Below, piece by piece: positions 49,652 to 59,828 of a DNA stretch of 64,000 bases. Under the pieces are notes generated by a model that saw only the letters and a list, made by a program, of their open reading frames with translations, did no database searches and was not told the origin of the DNA. Positions within the stretch are counted from its first letter, which is position 1. Every line of letters starts with the position of its first letter. A program made the position numbers and the translations under genes. This DNA is from an uncultured Pelagibacteraceae bacterium (GTDB taxonomy: Bacteria > Pseudomonadota > Alphaproteobacteria > Pelagibacterales > Pelagibacteraceae): assembly GCA_902635845.1 (NCBI GenBank), contig CACPPK010000002.1, positions 18,713 to 82,712 of the forward strand, in the 5' to 3' direction.

Positions 49652-51124
49652 TTATTTTTTAAATTTTTTTGATCTTATTAAAGGAAAAGCTAAGGCAATT
49701 AAAGACAAAATAAAGAACGTTAAAGCTATTGGTCTTGTGAAAAACATCAGCCAATTACCATCAAATATAACCAGAGATTGTCTTAGAGTTCCTTCAACTA
49801 ACTCACCTAAAATTAATCCGATAATAACTGGCACAACTGAGAAACCATATCTTCTCATAAAAAAACCTAGAACACCAAAAAATAACATTATCCAAACATC
49901 TATTATGGATTGATTTAAAGAATAAGTTCCGCATACTGAAACTGCAAATATCATTGGCCATAAGATTTTATTTGGCACCAACGTTATTCTTGCAAAAATT
50001 TTTGCTCCAAAGAACCCAAATATAAAAAATAAAACATTAGCAATTAACATTGCTCCAAAGATTCCATATAAAAAATCGGGTTGTTCTCTAAATAAATCAG
50101 GCCCAGGTCTTACACCATGTATAATTAATCCTGTTAAGATAACAGCTGTTGTAGCACTACCAGGAATTCCAAGTGCAAGTGTTGGAACCATTGCGCCTCC
50201 TGTTGCTGCATTATTTGCTGCTTCTGCACCCGCAATACCTTCTATAGAGCCTTTTCCAAACTCTTCGGGTTTTTTCGAAAACCTTTTTGCTTCTGAATAT
50301 CCAATTAAAGAAGCAACTGTTCCACCTTCAGCAGGTAACACTCCAATAAATGAACCTATACCACTGGATCTTAAAATTGTTTTCCAGGTTTTTTTATAAT
50401 CATCTTTACTTGGAAGTTTTATTGCTTTTAAAGCTATTCTATTAAATACTTGGTTAATTAAAGTTGATTGAGTTAGCATCTCGCTCATTGCAAATAAACC
50501 AACTACTACCGGTATAAAACCAATCCCTTCAGTTAATTCATTAATTCCAAAAGTAAATCGATCAATTGAAGTCATAAAATCTTTGCCAACTGTTGAAATT
50601 AAAATTCCAAACGCACCTGCGATTAAATTCTTAATTGGACTTCCCTCTCCTATTGATGCAAGCATCGTTAAACCAAAAATTGCTAACGCAAAATATTCTG
50701 GTTGACCAAATTCATAAGCTAGTTGAGCCAGAATAGGTGCAAAAAAGACAAGAATAATAACGCTAAAAATACCCCCAACTGTACTAGAAACAGTTGCCAT
50801 TCCTAAAGCTCTTCCAGCCTCTCCCTTTTGTGCTAAAGGATACCCGTCTAAACAAGTTGCTGCAGCAGCTGGGGTTCCAGGTGTATTAATCAGAACTGCA
50901 GTGATTGCACCTCCATAAGTGCCTGCACAATAAATTGAGGTTAACAATACAATTGCTGATAATGGATCGAGCGTCATTGTAAAAGGTAAAATTAATGCTC
51001 CACCAGTTGTTGGTCCTAAACCAGGTAGAACACCTAATATTAAACCAAACAAAGTTCCAAAAAATAAAACCAACAATAGCTTTGAGCTAAACAAAGGAGC
51101 CATCATTAATAATAAATTTTCCAT
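49652..51124 (-). CDS. tctA: Tripartite tricarboxylate transporter large subunit
   Basis: GVLPGLG, INTPGT, DGYPLA, EAANNA and LGIPGS. Confidence 0.93.
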   Translation of the reverse strand: MENLLLMMAPLFSSKLLLVLFFGTLFGLILGVLPGLGPTTGGALILPFTMTLDPLSAIVLLTSIYCAGTYGGAITAVLINTPGTPAAAATCLDGYPLAQKGEAGRALGMATVSSTVGGIFSVIILVFFAPILAQLAYEFGQPEYFALAIFGLTMLASIGEGSPIKNLIAGAFGILISTVGKDFMTSIDRFTFGINELTEGIGFIPVVVGLFAMSEMLTQSTLINQVFNRIALKAIKLPSKDDYKKTWKTILRSSGIGSFIGVLPAEGGTVASLIGYSEAKRFSKKPEEFGKGSIEGIAGAEAANNAATGGAMVPTLALGIPGSATTAVILTGLIIHGVRPGPDLFREQPDFLYGIFGAMLIANVLFFIFGFFGAKIFARITLVPNKILWPMIFAVSVCGTYSLNQSIIDVWIMLFFGVLGFFMRRYGFSVVPVIIGLILGELVEGTLRQSLVIFDGNWLMFFTRPIALTFFILSLIALAFPLIRSKKFKK

Positions 51125-51631
51125 CTAGCTATAATAAATATTAGTTATAATTCCAGGTGGAAACCTTAGACCTAGAATTGTTTCAAAAAAAATAAATACT
51201 AAGACTGGAAAAATAATACCAACAAGTAATAAATAAAATATTCTTTTTTCTCCCCAATAATAGGAAACAAAAATAGATAAAGCTGAAATTGCTAAAAAGA
51301 AATCTAAAGTTTTTGAAATCACCACAAAAATAAAAAAACTTAAAATTGTCAAAAAAAATGATTTAGGTAATTTTTTTTTAACTTTCCAAGGATTTTTGAT
51401 TGCTAAATAATAAATTAGTAAACTCATTAATATTATTAAAATCAAAAGTGCCTTTGGAAATGTTGCTGGTTGAATTCCTCTATTTAAAATAGGAGGAACA
51501 ATATCAAATGTAAAAGTAGTAATTAATAATGCTATAGAAATTAAAATAATAACCAAACAAACTTTAAACTCGTCTCTAAAAAAAAAGGGCAAACTTTTGT
51601 TTGCCCTTTTTTGTTTTTGTACATTCTTCAT
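51125..51631 (-). CDS. tctB: Tripartite tricarboxylate transporter small subunit
   Basis: 4 TM helices, PATFP and LRFPPG; located between tctC and tctA. Confidence 0.85.
   Translation of the reverse strand: MKNVQKQKRANKSLPFFFRDEFKVCLVIILISIALLITTFTFDIVPPILNRGIQPATFPKALLILIILMSLLIYYLAIKNPWKVKKKLPKSFFLTILSFFIFVVISKTLDFFLAISALSIFVSYYWGEKRIFYLLLVGIIFPVLVFIFFETILGLRFPPGIITNIYYS
51578..51612 (-). terminator. Intrinsic terminator-like hairpin after tctC, inside the 5' end of tctB
   Basis: AAAAAAGGGCAAAC-AAAA-GTTTGCCC-T9 on the minus strand. Confidence 0.75.
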
Positions 51632-51654
51632 ATTTAAATGTACTTTTAATTAGA

Positions 51655-52629
51655 TTAGTTAATGTAACCTAATGCTTTAAGCTGAGCAGTCATTTCTGTA
51701 AGCATTTCTTCCATTTGCTTACCCCACTCGTCAGCACCAACTACACTAGTGTCATCAAGACCAATTTCAGTTAAGAAATTTTTGTAATAGTTGTGGCTCA
51801 TAGCTTTCATCATTCCAGCTTCTAATTGTTTAACTCTGTCTGCTGGAGCACCTTTTTTTGTTACGAAACCTCTAACAGTAGATAAAGAAACAGGTATACC
51901 TAACTCTTTTGCTGTTGGAGAGTCTCCAATTTTAGCCATTCTATTGTTTGCCAATACAACTGAAACACAAAGTTTACCTTCATTAATTTCAGTCAATGCT
52001 TCACCTAAGTTTAAAACACCTACATCAATATCTCCTTTGATAAGGTTAGTTTTAATTGGAGCAACACCTTTGTAAGCAACGATAGTTGGATCTTTTAATC
52101 CACCTTTTTTAGTAAATGCGATTGCACTAACATCATCAATACCACCAGTATGAGTAGTTCCATATTTTAGTGATTTTGATTTTTGTGTGCTTATAAATTT
52201 CTTAGCATCTTTGATATCGTTTTTACAATTAACAACAAATAATTGAGGATCATCAGTTCCTCTTGCAAGTGGTTGCATATCGCTCAACTTAACTTTAGTT
52301 TTACCTAAAGCCATAGATACAGCATGACCTGTAGTCCAAGTTAAAGTATGATTTCCATCAGCTGGTAAAGACATCATATAGTCCATCGATGCTGCTCCAC
52401 CACCACCTTTTTTGTTTACTAATTGCATATCCTGTTTAAGAACTCTTCTTGCTCTTAATAACATCATTCTAGTAGTAACGTCAGTTCCACCACCAAAACC
52501 AGCGTGTGTAATTGCTTGTATTGGGTGACCATCAGCTTTAGCTGATGTGATCATTAATGGAAGAGCTACAACAAAAAATTCAGTTACTAGGAAAGCAGCT
52601 GCTAAAAATAGTTTAAAGCTTTTTTTCAT
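51655..52629 (-). CDS. tctC: Tripartite tricarboxylate transporter substrate-binding protein (Bug/TctC)
   Basis: GGGTD, NKKGGGG and PTAKELG motifs; signal peptide. Confidence 0.9.
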   Translation of the reverse strand: MKKSFKLFLAAAFLVTEFFVVALPLMITSAKADGHPIQAITHAGFGGGTDVTTRMMLLRARRVLKQDMQLVNKKGGGGAASMDYMMSLPADGNHTLTWTTGHAVSMALGKTKVKLSDMQPLARGTDDPQLFVVNCKNDIKDAKKFISTQKSKSLKYGTTHTGGIDDVSAIAFTKKGGLKDPTIVAYKGVAPIKTNLIKGDIDVGVLNLGEALTEINEGKLCVSVVLANNRMAKIGDSPTAKELGIPVSLSTVRGFVTKKGAPADRVKQLEAGMMKAMSHNYYKNFLTEIGLDDTSVVGADEWGKQMEEMLTEMTAQLKALGYIN

Positions 52630-52701
52630 TATTTCCCTCTTATTTAGTTAATTTATATTTAATAATTTAAACATAATCTGATACAAAACGTAAAGAAAAA
52701 A

Positions 52702-53703
52702 ATGCCTGAAAACAAATCTAACATTGCTGTTCTTCTTGGTGATCCAGCGGGGATCGGACCAGAGTTAGTTTCAAAGCTTTTAAAAGATGAAATGACTACA
52801 AAAGCAAACATAGTCATCATTGGTGAGAAACAAGTATTTGAAAGTGGAAATAGTATCACAGGAATTTCACATAATATAGATATTGTTGAAAATTTTGATG
52901 AAATAGATTTTGATAAATCAAATAGATTTTTATTAGATATTTCTAAAGGAAAAAATCATAAATATAAAATAGCAGAACCATCAAAAGAGTCTGGTGAAAG
53001 TGTATTGGAAGCTTTAGATTTAGCTTTAACTCTTGCTAAGGAAAAAAAAATAGATGCAATTAATTTTGCGCCAATGAATAAGACAAGTTTAAAACTTGGA
53101 GGAAATAAACATTCAGATGAATTACAGTTAATGGCTGAAAAACTTGAAGTGAATAGTTTTTGTTGCGAATTTAATGTGATTGATAATTTTTGGACAGCAA
53201 GAGTAACTTCTCATATTCCAATTAAAGAAGTTGCTCAACATGTTACTAAAGAAAATATCTTGAAACCTATAAAATTAATAAATCAGGTTATGGAGTTGAA
53301 TGGTGTAAAGAAACCTAGAATTGCCATTCAAGCTTTAAATCCACACGCAGAGTTTGGCACAGAGGAAAAAGATGAAATCATTCCTGCGATTGAAGAAGCA
53401 AAAAAACTTGGCTACAATGTTGATGGTCCATTGCCATGCGACACATCCTTTGTAGTAGCCTACAAAAATAAAAACCATGATTGTATGGTTGGTATGTATC
53501 ATGATGCACTACAATCTGGTCTTAAAGCATTTGGTTTTGACAGAGGAGTAACAGTTCAAGGTGGATTAACTGTACCAGTAACGACTACTGCACATGGATC
53601 TGCATTTGCAATTGCTGGAAAAAATGAAGCTAACTTAGCTCCAATTTTAAATTCATTTAAAATTGCATTATCAATGGCTGAAAATAAAAAAAAGTTAAGC
53701 TAA
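52702..53703 (+). CDS. PdxA-family decarboxylating dehydrogenase (non-canonical subfamily)
   Basis: GDPAGIGPE, ALNPHA, GMYHD; TTTAHGSAF replaces the canonical RTSVDHGTA. Confidence 0.85.
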   Translation: MPENKSNIAVLLGDPAGIGPELVSKLLKDEMTTKANIVIIGEKQVFESGNSITGISHNIDIVENFDEIDFDKSNRFLLDISKGKNHKYKIAEPSKESGESVLEALDLALTLAKEKKIDAINFAPMNKTSLKLGGNKHSDELQLMAEKLEVNSFCCEFNVIDNFWTARVTSHIPIKEVAQHVTKENILKPIKLINQVMELNGVKKPRIAIQALNPHAEFGTEEKDEIIPAIEEAKKLGYNVDGPLPCDTSFVVAYKNKNHDCMVGMYHDALQSGLKAFGFDRGVTVQGGLTVPVTTTAHGSAFAIAGKNEANLAPILNSFKIALSMAENKKKLS

Positions 53704-53706
53704 GCT

Positions 53707-54468
53707 TTAAATTAAACCAGCGTCTACCGTAAAATTTTGTTTAGTACATCCCGATGAAACATCTGATGCCAAATATAAAACCATTTTTGAAACATCCTCA
53801 GGTAATATTTGTTTTTTAAGACACTGTTGATCTAAAATTTCTTTTTTAAATTTTGGATTTAACCATAATTTTGACTGTCTTTTAGTTGCAACTGATCCAG
53901 GTGCTATGGAGTTAATTCTAATATTATGTTGTCCTAAATCTCTAGCTAAAGATTTGGTTAAACCATAAATTGCAGCTTTTGCTGTGCTGTATGCTGGAAA
54001 CATGACAGCTCCTCTAATCCAGCTAACTGAACCTAAATTTATTATTGATCCACCTTTGTTTTTAATCATGCTTTTTTTAACTGTTTGAATAGCGAATAAA
54101 TAGTGCTTTAAATTTATTGCCATTCTTTCATCCCAGTATTTTTCTGTAACTTCCTCAAGAGTGTGCCTTTGATCATTTGAAGCGTTGTTAACTAAAATGT
54201 CAATTGTTCCCTTCTTTTTAATAATGTTCTGAATTAGAGTTTTGTATTTTTTTATATTTTTAATATTACAGAATTGAAAAGTAGGTATTTTTTGTTTTTT
54301 CTTTTTAATTTTTGAAATTAATTTTTCAGCTCCTTTTTTATCTATATCGAAAAAATAAACCTCAACACCTTGCTCACAAAGGTGTTCGACAATTGATGCG
54401 CCAATACCAGATGCTCCACCTGAAACTAATGCGCGTTTATCTTTTAAATCAAAATATTCAACTTTCAT
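53707..54468 (-). CDS. SDR aldose 1-dehydrogenase, XylB-like (copy 2)
   Basis: SGGASGIG, NNASNDQRH, YWDERMAINL, YSTAK and QCLK. Confidence 0.8.
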   Translation of the reverse strand: MKVEYFDLKDKRALVSGGASGIGASIVEHLCEQGVEVYFFDIDKKGAEKLISKIKKKKQKIPTFQFCNIKNIKKYKTLIQNIIKKKGTIDILVNNASNDQRHTLEEVTEKYWDERMAINLKHYLFAIQTVKKSMIKNKGGSIINLGSVSWIRGAVMFPAYSTAKAAIYGLTKSLARDLGQHNIRINSIAPGSVATKRQSKLWLNPKFKKEILDQQCLKKQILPEDVSKMVLYLASDVSSGCTKQNFTVDAGLI

Positions 54469-54486
54469 TTAAATAAGAATTTATAA

Positions 54487-55644
54487 TTAATTTAATATTT
54501 TTTTTATTTCTTCTAAAGTAAAAGGTTTTGGTTTCTTGCAAGTTGTCTTTATTTCTTGCGGAATACCTGTTTGAGACGCTCTCATTGTTGAGTCTATGAT
54601 ATCTAAAACATGCAACGAAAGCTCTCCATTACATCTATGTTCTAAATTATTTTCAATTGCATAAGCCATCTCTGACAGACCAGCTCCTCTATAATTTGCA
54701 TTTGTTGGAGATTCATTTGCTCTTGAGCTTTGACTTTTAATATTAATTCTTCCTAAAGGCATCATATCTGTTTTATGTTCACCCCAATTACCGCCAGCGG
54801 TTACTGAAACAAAAGCAGATCCTCCAAACATATTTGGATCAGGAACAATAATTGATCCTTTATTACCATAAAGCTCTATATGGTTTCTTTGATGAGCAAC
54901 CACATCAAAAGATAAAGTTATCTGTATGATACAATCATTTTCAAATTGTATAGTTGCAAGATAAGTCGTTGGAGTTTCTACTTTAAATTTTTGATCTTTT
55001 TTTGGACCTATTCCAATTTCTCTTTCTTCAAAGACTTTTGTACATCTTCCTTGGACTTGTTTTGCTGGACCAATTAGGTTTACTAATGCTGTAAGATAAT
55101 ATGGTCCCATATCTATTACAGGGCCACCTTCATTTTCAGCAAACCAAGGTTCTGGATTAGGGTGATATGATTGAACTCCTGGGAAAGCAAAAATTGCATT
55201 ACCTAATTTTATTTCACCAATCACTCCATTATCAATTAGCTCCCTAGTTTTTTGGATACCTCCACCCAAAAAAGTATCAGGTGCATTTCCAATATAAAGA
55301 TTTCTTTCTTTAGCGAGCTCAACTAATTTTTTTCCATCTTCAAAATTAACAGCCATAGGTTTCTCGGCATAAGAATGCTTACCATTTTCTAAGGCCATTT
55401 TTGAAACTTCAAAATGTGCTCTAGGAATTGTAAGGTTTAGTATTATTTCAATCTCTTTATCTTTTAAAAGTTCTTCAACAGTTACTGCCTCAATATTATA
55501 ATGGATTGCACACTTTTTTGCTGTTTCCATGTTGATATCAGCACATTTAATAATCCTAATATTATTGAAATACTCTTGAGCTCTAAAATAAGTTTCTGAA
55601 ATATGCCCACAGCCTATTAGACCTACTTTAAATACTTTGTTCAT
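54487..55644 (-). CDS. Gfo/Idh/MocA family oxidoreductase
   Basis: IGCGHIS, EKP, APDTFLG and DMGPYY. Confidence 0.9.
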   Translation of the reverse strand: MNKVFKVGLIGCGHISETYFRAQEYFNNIRIIKCADINMETAKKCAIHYNIEAVTVEELLKDKEIEIILNLTIPRAHFEVSKMALENGKHSYAEKPMAVNFEDGKKLVELAKERNLYIGNAPDTFLGGGIQKTRELIDNGVIGEIKLGNAIFAFPGVQSYHPNPEPWFAENEGGPVIDMGPYYLTALVNLIGPAKQVQGRCTKVFEEREIGIGPKKDQKFKVETPTTYLATIQFENDCIIQITLSFDVVAHQRNHIELYGNKGSIIVPDPNMFGGSAFVSVTAGGNWGEHKTDMMPLGRINIKSQSSRANESPTNANYRGAGLSEMAYAIENNLEHRCNGELSLHVLDIIDSTMRASQTGIPQEIKTTCKKPKPFTLEEIKKILN

Positions 55645-55650
55645 AAAGGG

Positions 55651-57495
55651 CTAAATACCTTGTCTTTGTTTGCCTTTTCCTTCTTTATAAAGTTTTAAAG
55701 CTTCTTCATTTTCTTTAGTGGTTGGAATTTCTAAAGTTGGACTATCCCAAAAAGATGAGCCTTCAACCCATTTATATGCATGAGTTTTAATTGAAATAAC
55801 ATAAGTCACATCAGATGCTTTTGCTCTTTTAAATGCAGCCTCAAGATCTGATATTGAGGTAACGTGTTCAGATTTTGCACCCATACTTTCTGCATGTTTT
55901 GCAAAATCTACATCAACTAAGCCAGGTGTATTAGAACTCTTTAATAAGTTGTTGTATTCTTTACCACCTTTAAATAACTGTAACCTATTAATAACTGCAA
56001 AGCCTCCGTTATCACAAACAATTATAATCAATTTATTTTTTGTTATTACTGAAGAATAAATGTCAGTATTATTTAATAGATAAGATCCATCTCCTACAAA
56101 AGAAATTACTTCTTTATCTGGATTTGCCATTTTAATTCCCAAAGCTCCAGATATTTCATAACTCATACAACTAAAACCCCATTCTGTTTCATGAGTATTG
56201 AGTTCTCTTGGTCTCCAAACTTGAATTACCTCTCCAACCAAACCTCCTGCAGCTGTAACAGCAATATCTGTTGGATCAGAATTTCTATAGATTGCACCAA
56301 TTGCCTGAACATAACTTGGGACTTCCTGATTAGTTGGAGCACTCTCTTTGTCTATATGTTCATTCCATGACTTAAGCTCAGTTTGAGATTTTTTATTCCA
56401 ATCTTCTCCTGCTTTCCAATCACCTAAAGCTTGAGAAAGTTCAGTTAAAGAAACTTTTGCATCTCCAACAACCGCTTGTGCTAAATGTTTATTGGCATCA
56501 TATCTTGATACATTAATAGAAACTAACTTGAAATTTTCGTTTTCAAAATTTGCCCATGATCCTGTTGTAAAATCAGCAAGCTTTGTTCCAACCGCAATAG
56601 CAAGATCAGTTTCTTTAGCTAATGTGTTTGTATTTTTTCCTCCAAGTCCTCCAATTTGACCTGCGTAATGAGAATGATCTCTCTTCATTGTTGAATAACC
56701 CATTACAGTTTGTGTAACTGGAATATTATGTTTGATTGCAAACTGACTTAATTCTTCCATTGCATCTGAATAAAAAACTCCTCCACCAGAAATTATAATT
56801 GGGTTTTTAGATGACTTAATTTTTTCTGCTGCCTCTTTAATTTGAAATTCATCTGGTCTTGGTCTTCGAATTGTATGAACTCTTTCTTTAAAAAACTCCT
56901 CTGGGTAATCAAAAGTTTGGCCTTGAATATCTTGACTTAACGCAATACATGCAGGACCACAATCTGCAGGATCTAACATTGTTTGAACTGCTATTGGAAA
57001 TGATTGAATTATTTGTTCAGGTCTTGTGATACGATCAAAATATCTTGTTACTGGTTTAAAAGCATCGTTTACAGTTGTACTTGGGTTGTTAAAATGTTCA
57101 ACTTGTTGCAGTACTGGATCTGGCATTCTGTTTGCATAAGTGTCTCCAGGTAAAAATAATATTGGCAACCTATTACTCATAGCAACTGCAGCAGCTGTAA
57201 CCATATTTGTTGCTCCAGGTCCAACAGAGGATGTTGCTACGAAAATTTGTTGTCTTCTTTTTGCTCTTGCATAGCCAATACCTGTAAGAGCCATATTTTG
57301 TTCATGATGCCCTCTATATGTTGGAAGTTCTTTTTGATTTTCCTCTAGTGCTTGACCTAAACAAGCTACATTTCCATGTCCAAAAATTCCAAAGACACCA
57401 GGAAAGAGTGGTTCTTTTTTGCCGTTAATTAATATTTTCTGAGCAATTAAATATTTAACTATCGCATGAGCACAAGTGAGGGTAATTTTTTTCAT
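55651..57495 (-). CDS. iolD: 3D-(3,5/4)-trihydroxycyclohexane-1,2-dione acylhydrolase (ThDP)
   Basis: IFGHGNV, SVGPGATN, PDPVLQQ, EWGFSCMSYEI and GDGSYL. Confidence 0.92.
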   Translation of the reverse strand: MKKITLTCAHAIVKYLIAQKILINGKKEPLFPGVFGIFGHGNVACLGQALEENQKELPTYRGHHEQNMALTGIGYARAKRRQQIFVATSSVGPGATNMVTAAAVAMSNRLPILFLPGDTYANRMPDPVLQQVEHFNNPSTTVNDAFKPVTRYFDRITRPEQIIQSFPIAVQTMLDPADCGPACIALSQDIQGQTFDYPEEFFKERVHTIRRPRPDEFQIKEAAEKIKSSKNPIIISGGGVFYSDAMEELSQFAIKHNIPVTQTVMGYSTMKRDHSHYAGQIGGLGGKNTNTLAKETDLAIAVGTKLADFTTGSWANFENENFKLVSINVSRYDANKHLAQAVVGDAKVSLTELSQALGDWKAGEDWNKKSQTELKSWNEHIDKESAPTNQEVPSYVQAIGAIYRNSDPTDIAVTAAGGLVGEVIQVWRPRELNTHETEWGFSCMSYEISGALGIKMANPDKEVISFVGDGSYLLNNTDIYSSVITKNKLIIIVCDNGGFAVINRLQLFKGGKEYNNLLKSSNTPGLVDVDFAKHAESMGAKSEHVTSISDLEAAFKRAKASDVTYVISIKTHAYKWVEGSSFWDSPTLEIPTTKENEEALKLYKEGKGKQRQGI

Positions 57496-57587
57496 AAATA
57501 TGTTTATCTTTTAATATGTATAGTGTTTATATATAATTCTATTTATAAATTAAAAAACCTAATTAAGTAAACTTAAAAATAAATTCT

Positions 57588-59030
57588 ATGTACGAAAAAT
57601 TTGGACAATTCATTGATGGTAAATGGCAACAAGCTGAAAAAAAAGAAACTTATGATGTAATCAACCCTGCAACTGAAGAGGTGATTGGAAAAGCTTCGAA
57701 AGCTTCATCTATTGAAGTACAAAAAGCATTAAAGTCAGCAGAAAAAGGTTTAGAAGTTTGGAAAAATACTGCGCCATGGCAAAGAGCGTATGTACTTAGA
57801 AAAATTGCTGATCTAATGAGAGAAAAAAAAGATATTATTGCAAAATGGTTAACTCTTGAAGTTGGAAAACCTCTAGCAGAAGCAGTTGGTGAGGTTGGAG
57901 GTGGAGCTGATATTTTTGAATGGAATGCTGAAGAAACAAAAAGAATTTATGGTCAAACTCAACAAAGTAGATTTCCAGATACAAGGGTTCATGTTTATTA
58001 TCAGCCTGTTGGTGTTGTTGCAGCATTAGTTCCATGGAATTTTCCAATAGTTTTAGCATCTAGAAAAATTTCTACTGCCTTAGCTGCAGGATGTTCAGTA
58101 ATTTGTAAACCAGATGTGATTACTCCTGGTGCTGTAATGGAATTAGTAAACATTTGCAAAGAAGCTGGTGTACCAGATGGTGTTGTTAGTCTTTTATCAG
58201 GTGATCCTGCTGAAATATCAAATGAATTAATGGAGTCTGATATAATTAAAAAAGTTTCAGTTACTGGATCAACTAGAGTAGGTAAAATTATTTTAAAAAA
58301 AGCAGCTGATAAAGTTCAAAGAGTTACTATGGAGCTAAGCGGACACTCACCTTTTATTGTATGTGAAGATGTAGATATGAACAAAGTAGCTGATATAGCA
58401 ATAACTGGTAAATTTAGAAATAACGGTCAGGTCTGTATTTCACCTAATAGATTTTATATCCAAGAAAATAGAAAAGAGGATTTTGTTAATGCTTTTATTG
58501 AAAGGGCAAAAAAATTAAAAATTGGAAACGGTATGGACGAAGGTGTGGATCTTGGACCTTTAACTACCGCTAAAAGATTGGAAGAAATAGAAAAACTAGT
58601 TGAAACTACTAAAAAAGAAGGAGCAAAAGTCTTAATGGGTGGACAAAAACCTTCTGGATTCAACAAGGGATACTATTATGAACCAACAGTCTTTGATGAT
58701 GTTAAAGATAATTTTACAATTATGAGAGAAGAGCCTTTCGGTCCACTAGTTCCAATTTTAACTTTTAAAACTTTTGATGAAGTAATTGAAAGAGCAAATG
58801 ATAATGACTTAGGATTATGTAGTTATTTATACACTAACTCCATGGATAAAGCTCACATTGGATCTGAAAAATTAGAGTCTGGTTGTGTTGCAGTGAATAC
58901 TGGTGTTGTTGCTATTGCTGAGGCACCTTTTGGAGGAATAAAACAAACTGGTTATGGTCGTGAAGGTGGTTCAGGAGCGATAAAAGATTATCTAAATGTG
59001 AAATACACTCACATGGGATTAAAAATCTAA
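57588..59030 (+). CDS. NAD(P)-dependent aldehyde dehydrogenase, SSADH / alpha-ketoglutarate semialdehyde dehydrogenase type
   Basis: PWNFP, TGSTRVG, MELSGHSP, KFRNNGQVCISP and EPFGP; similar to AraE-type KGSADH as recalled. Confidence 0.85.
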   Translation: MYEKFGQFIDGKWQQAEKKETYDVINPATEEVIGKASKASSIEVQKALKSAEKGLEVWKNTAPWQRAYVLRKIADLMREKKDIIAKWLTLEVGKPLAEAVGEVGGGADIFEWNAEETKRIYGQTQQSRFPDTRVHVYYQPVGVVAALVPWNFPIVLASRKISTALAAGCSVICKPDVITPGAVMELVNICKEAGVPDGVVSLLSGDPAEISNELMESDIIKKVSVTGSTRVGKIILKKAADKVQRVTMELSGHSPFIVCEDVDMNKVADIAITGKFRNNGQVCISPNRFYIQENRKEDFVNAFIERAKKLKIGNGMDEGVDLGPLTTAKRLEEIEKLVETTKKEGAKVLMGGQKPSGFNKGYYYEPTVFDDVKDNFTIMREEPFGPLVPILTFKTFDEVIERANDNDLGLCSYLYTNSMDKAHIGSEKLESGCVAVNTGVVAIAEAPFGGIKQTGYGREGGSGAIKDYLNVKYTHMGLKI

Positions 59031-59033
59031 AAA

Positions 59034-59828
59034 ATGAAAAAAAATAAAATCAAACAAATGATGAAGGAAGGTAAGCCTGTTATTAACGGCTGGTGTGCGA
59101 TTCCAAGCACAGCCTCTGTCGAAGCAATGGCTCATCAAGGTTGGGATTCTTTAACTATTGATATGCAGCATGGTTTAGTTGATTACAGTAATGCGCTTCC
59201 CATGCTTCAAACAATATCAACAACAGATGTAACTCCTTTAGCTAGAGTTAATTGGAACGAGCCAGGTCAAATTATGAAAATTTTAGATGCTGGATGTTAC
59301 GGAATTGTTTGTCCTATGGTAAGTAATAAAAAAGAGGCAGAGAATTTTGTTCAAGCTTGCATGTATCCACCTGATGGTTACAGAAGTTTTGGTCCTATTA
59401 GAGGTTTAATTTATGGTGGAGCTGATTATGCAGATCACGCTAATGAAGAAATACTAAAATTAGCAATGATAGAAACAAAAGAGTCTTTAGAAAATCTTGA
59501 TGAGATAATGTCTACACCAGGTGTCGATGGTATTTATATTGGTCCAGCAGATTTAAGTTTAGCAATAGGTGAAAAACCTGGTTTTGATAGGTCGGAGTCT
59601 ACAAAAGCTTATTCTGAGATTTTAAGAATTCTAGAACATGCTAAAAAAAATAATATTTTTGCAGGAATTCATAACGGTACTACAGAATATGCTACTAAGA
59701 TGATCGAAAAAGGTTTTGATTTTGTAACTATAGCATCTGATTTAAGAGCTTTAAGTGCTGGCGCTAAAGAAACAGTAGACAAAATGAAGGGTTCTTTATC
59801 AAAAAAAGACGACAACTCTACTTATTAA
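59034..59828 (+). CDS. HpcH/HpaI class II pyruvate aldolase family
   Basis: IDMQHG, ARV, KILDAG, MIET and IGPADL. Confidence 0.9.
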   Translation: MKKNKIKQMMKEGKPVINGWCAIPSTASVEAMAHQGWDSLTIDMQHGLVDYSNALPMLQTISTTDVTPLARVNWNEPGQIMKILDAGCYGIVCPMVSNKKEAENFVQACMYPPDGYRSFGPIRGLIYGGADYADHANEEILKLAMIETKESLENLDEIMSTPGVDGIYIGPADLSLAIGEKPGFDRSESTKAYSEILRILEHAKKNNIFAGIHNGTTEYATKMIEKGFDFVTIASDLRALSAGAKETVDKMKGSLSKKDDNSTY

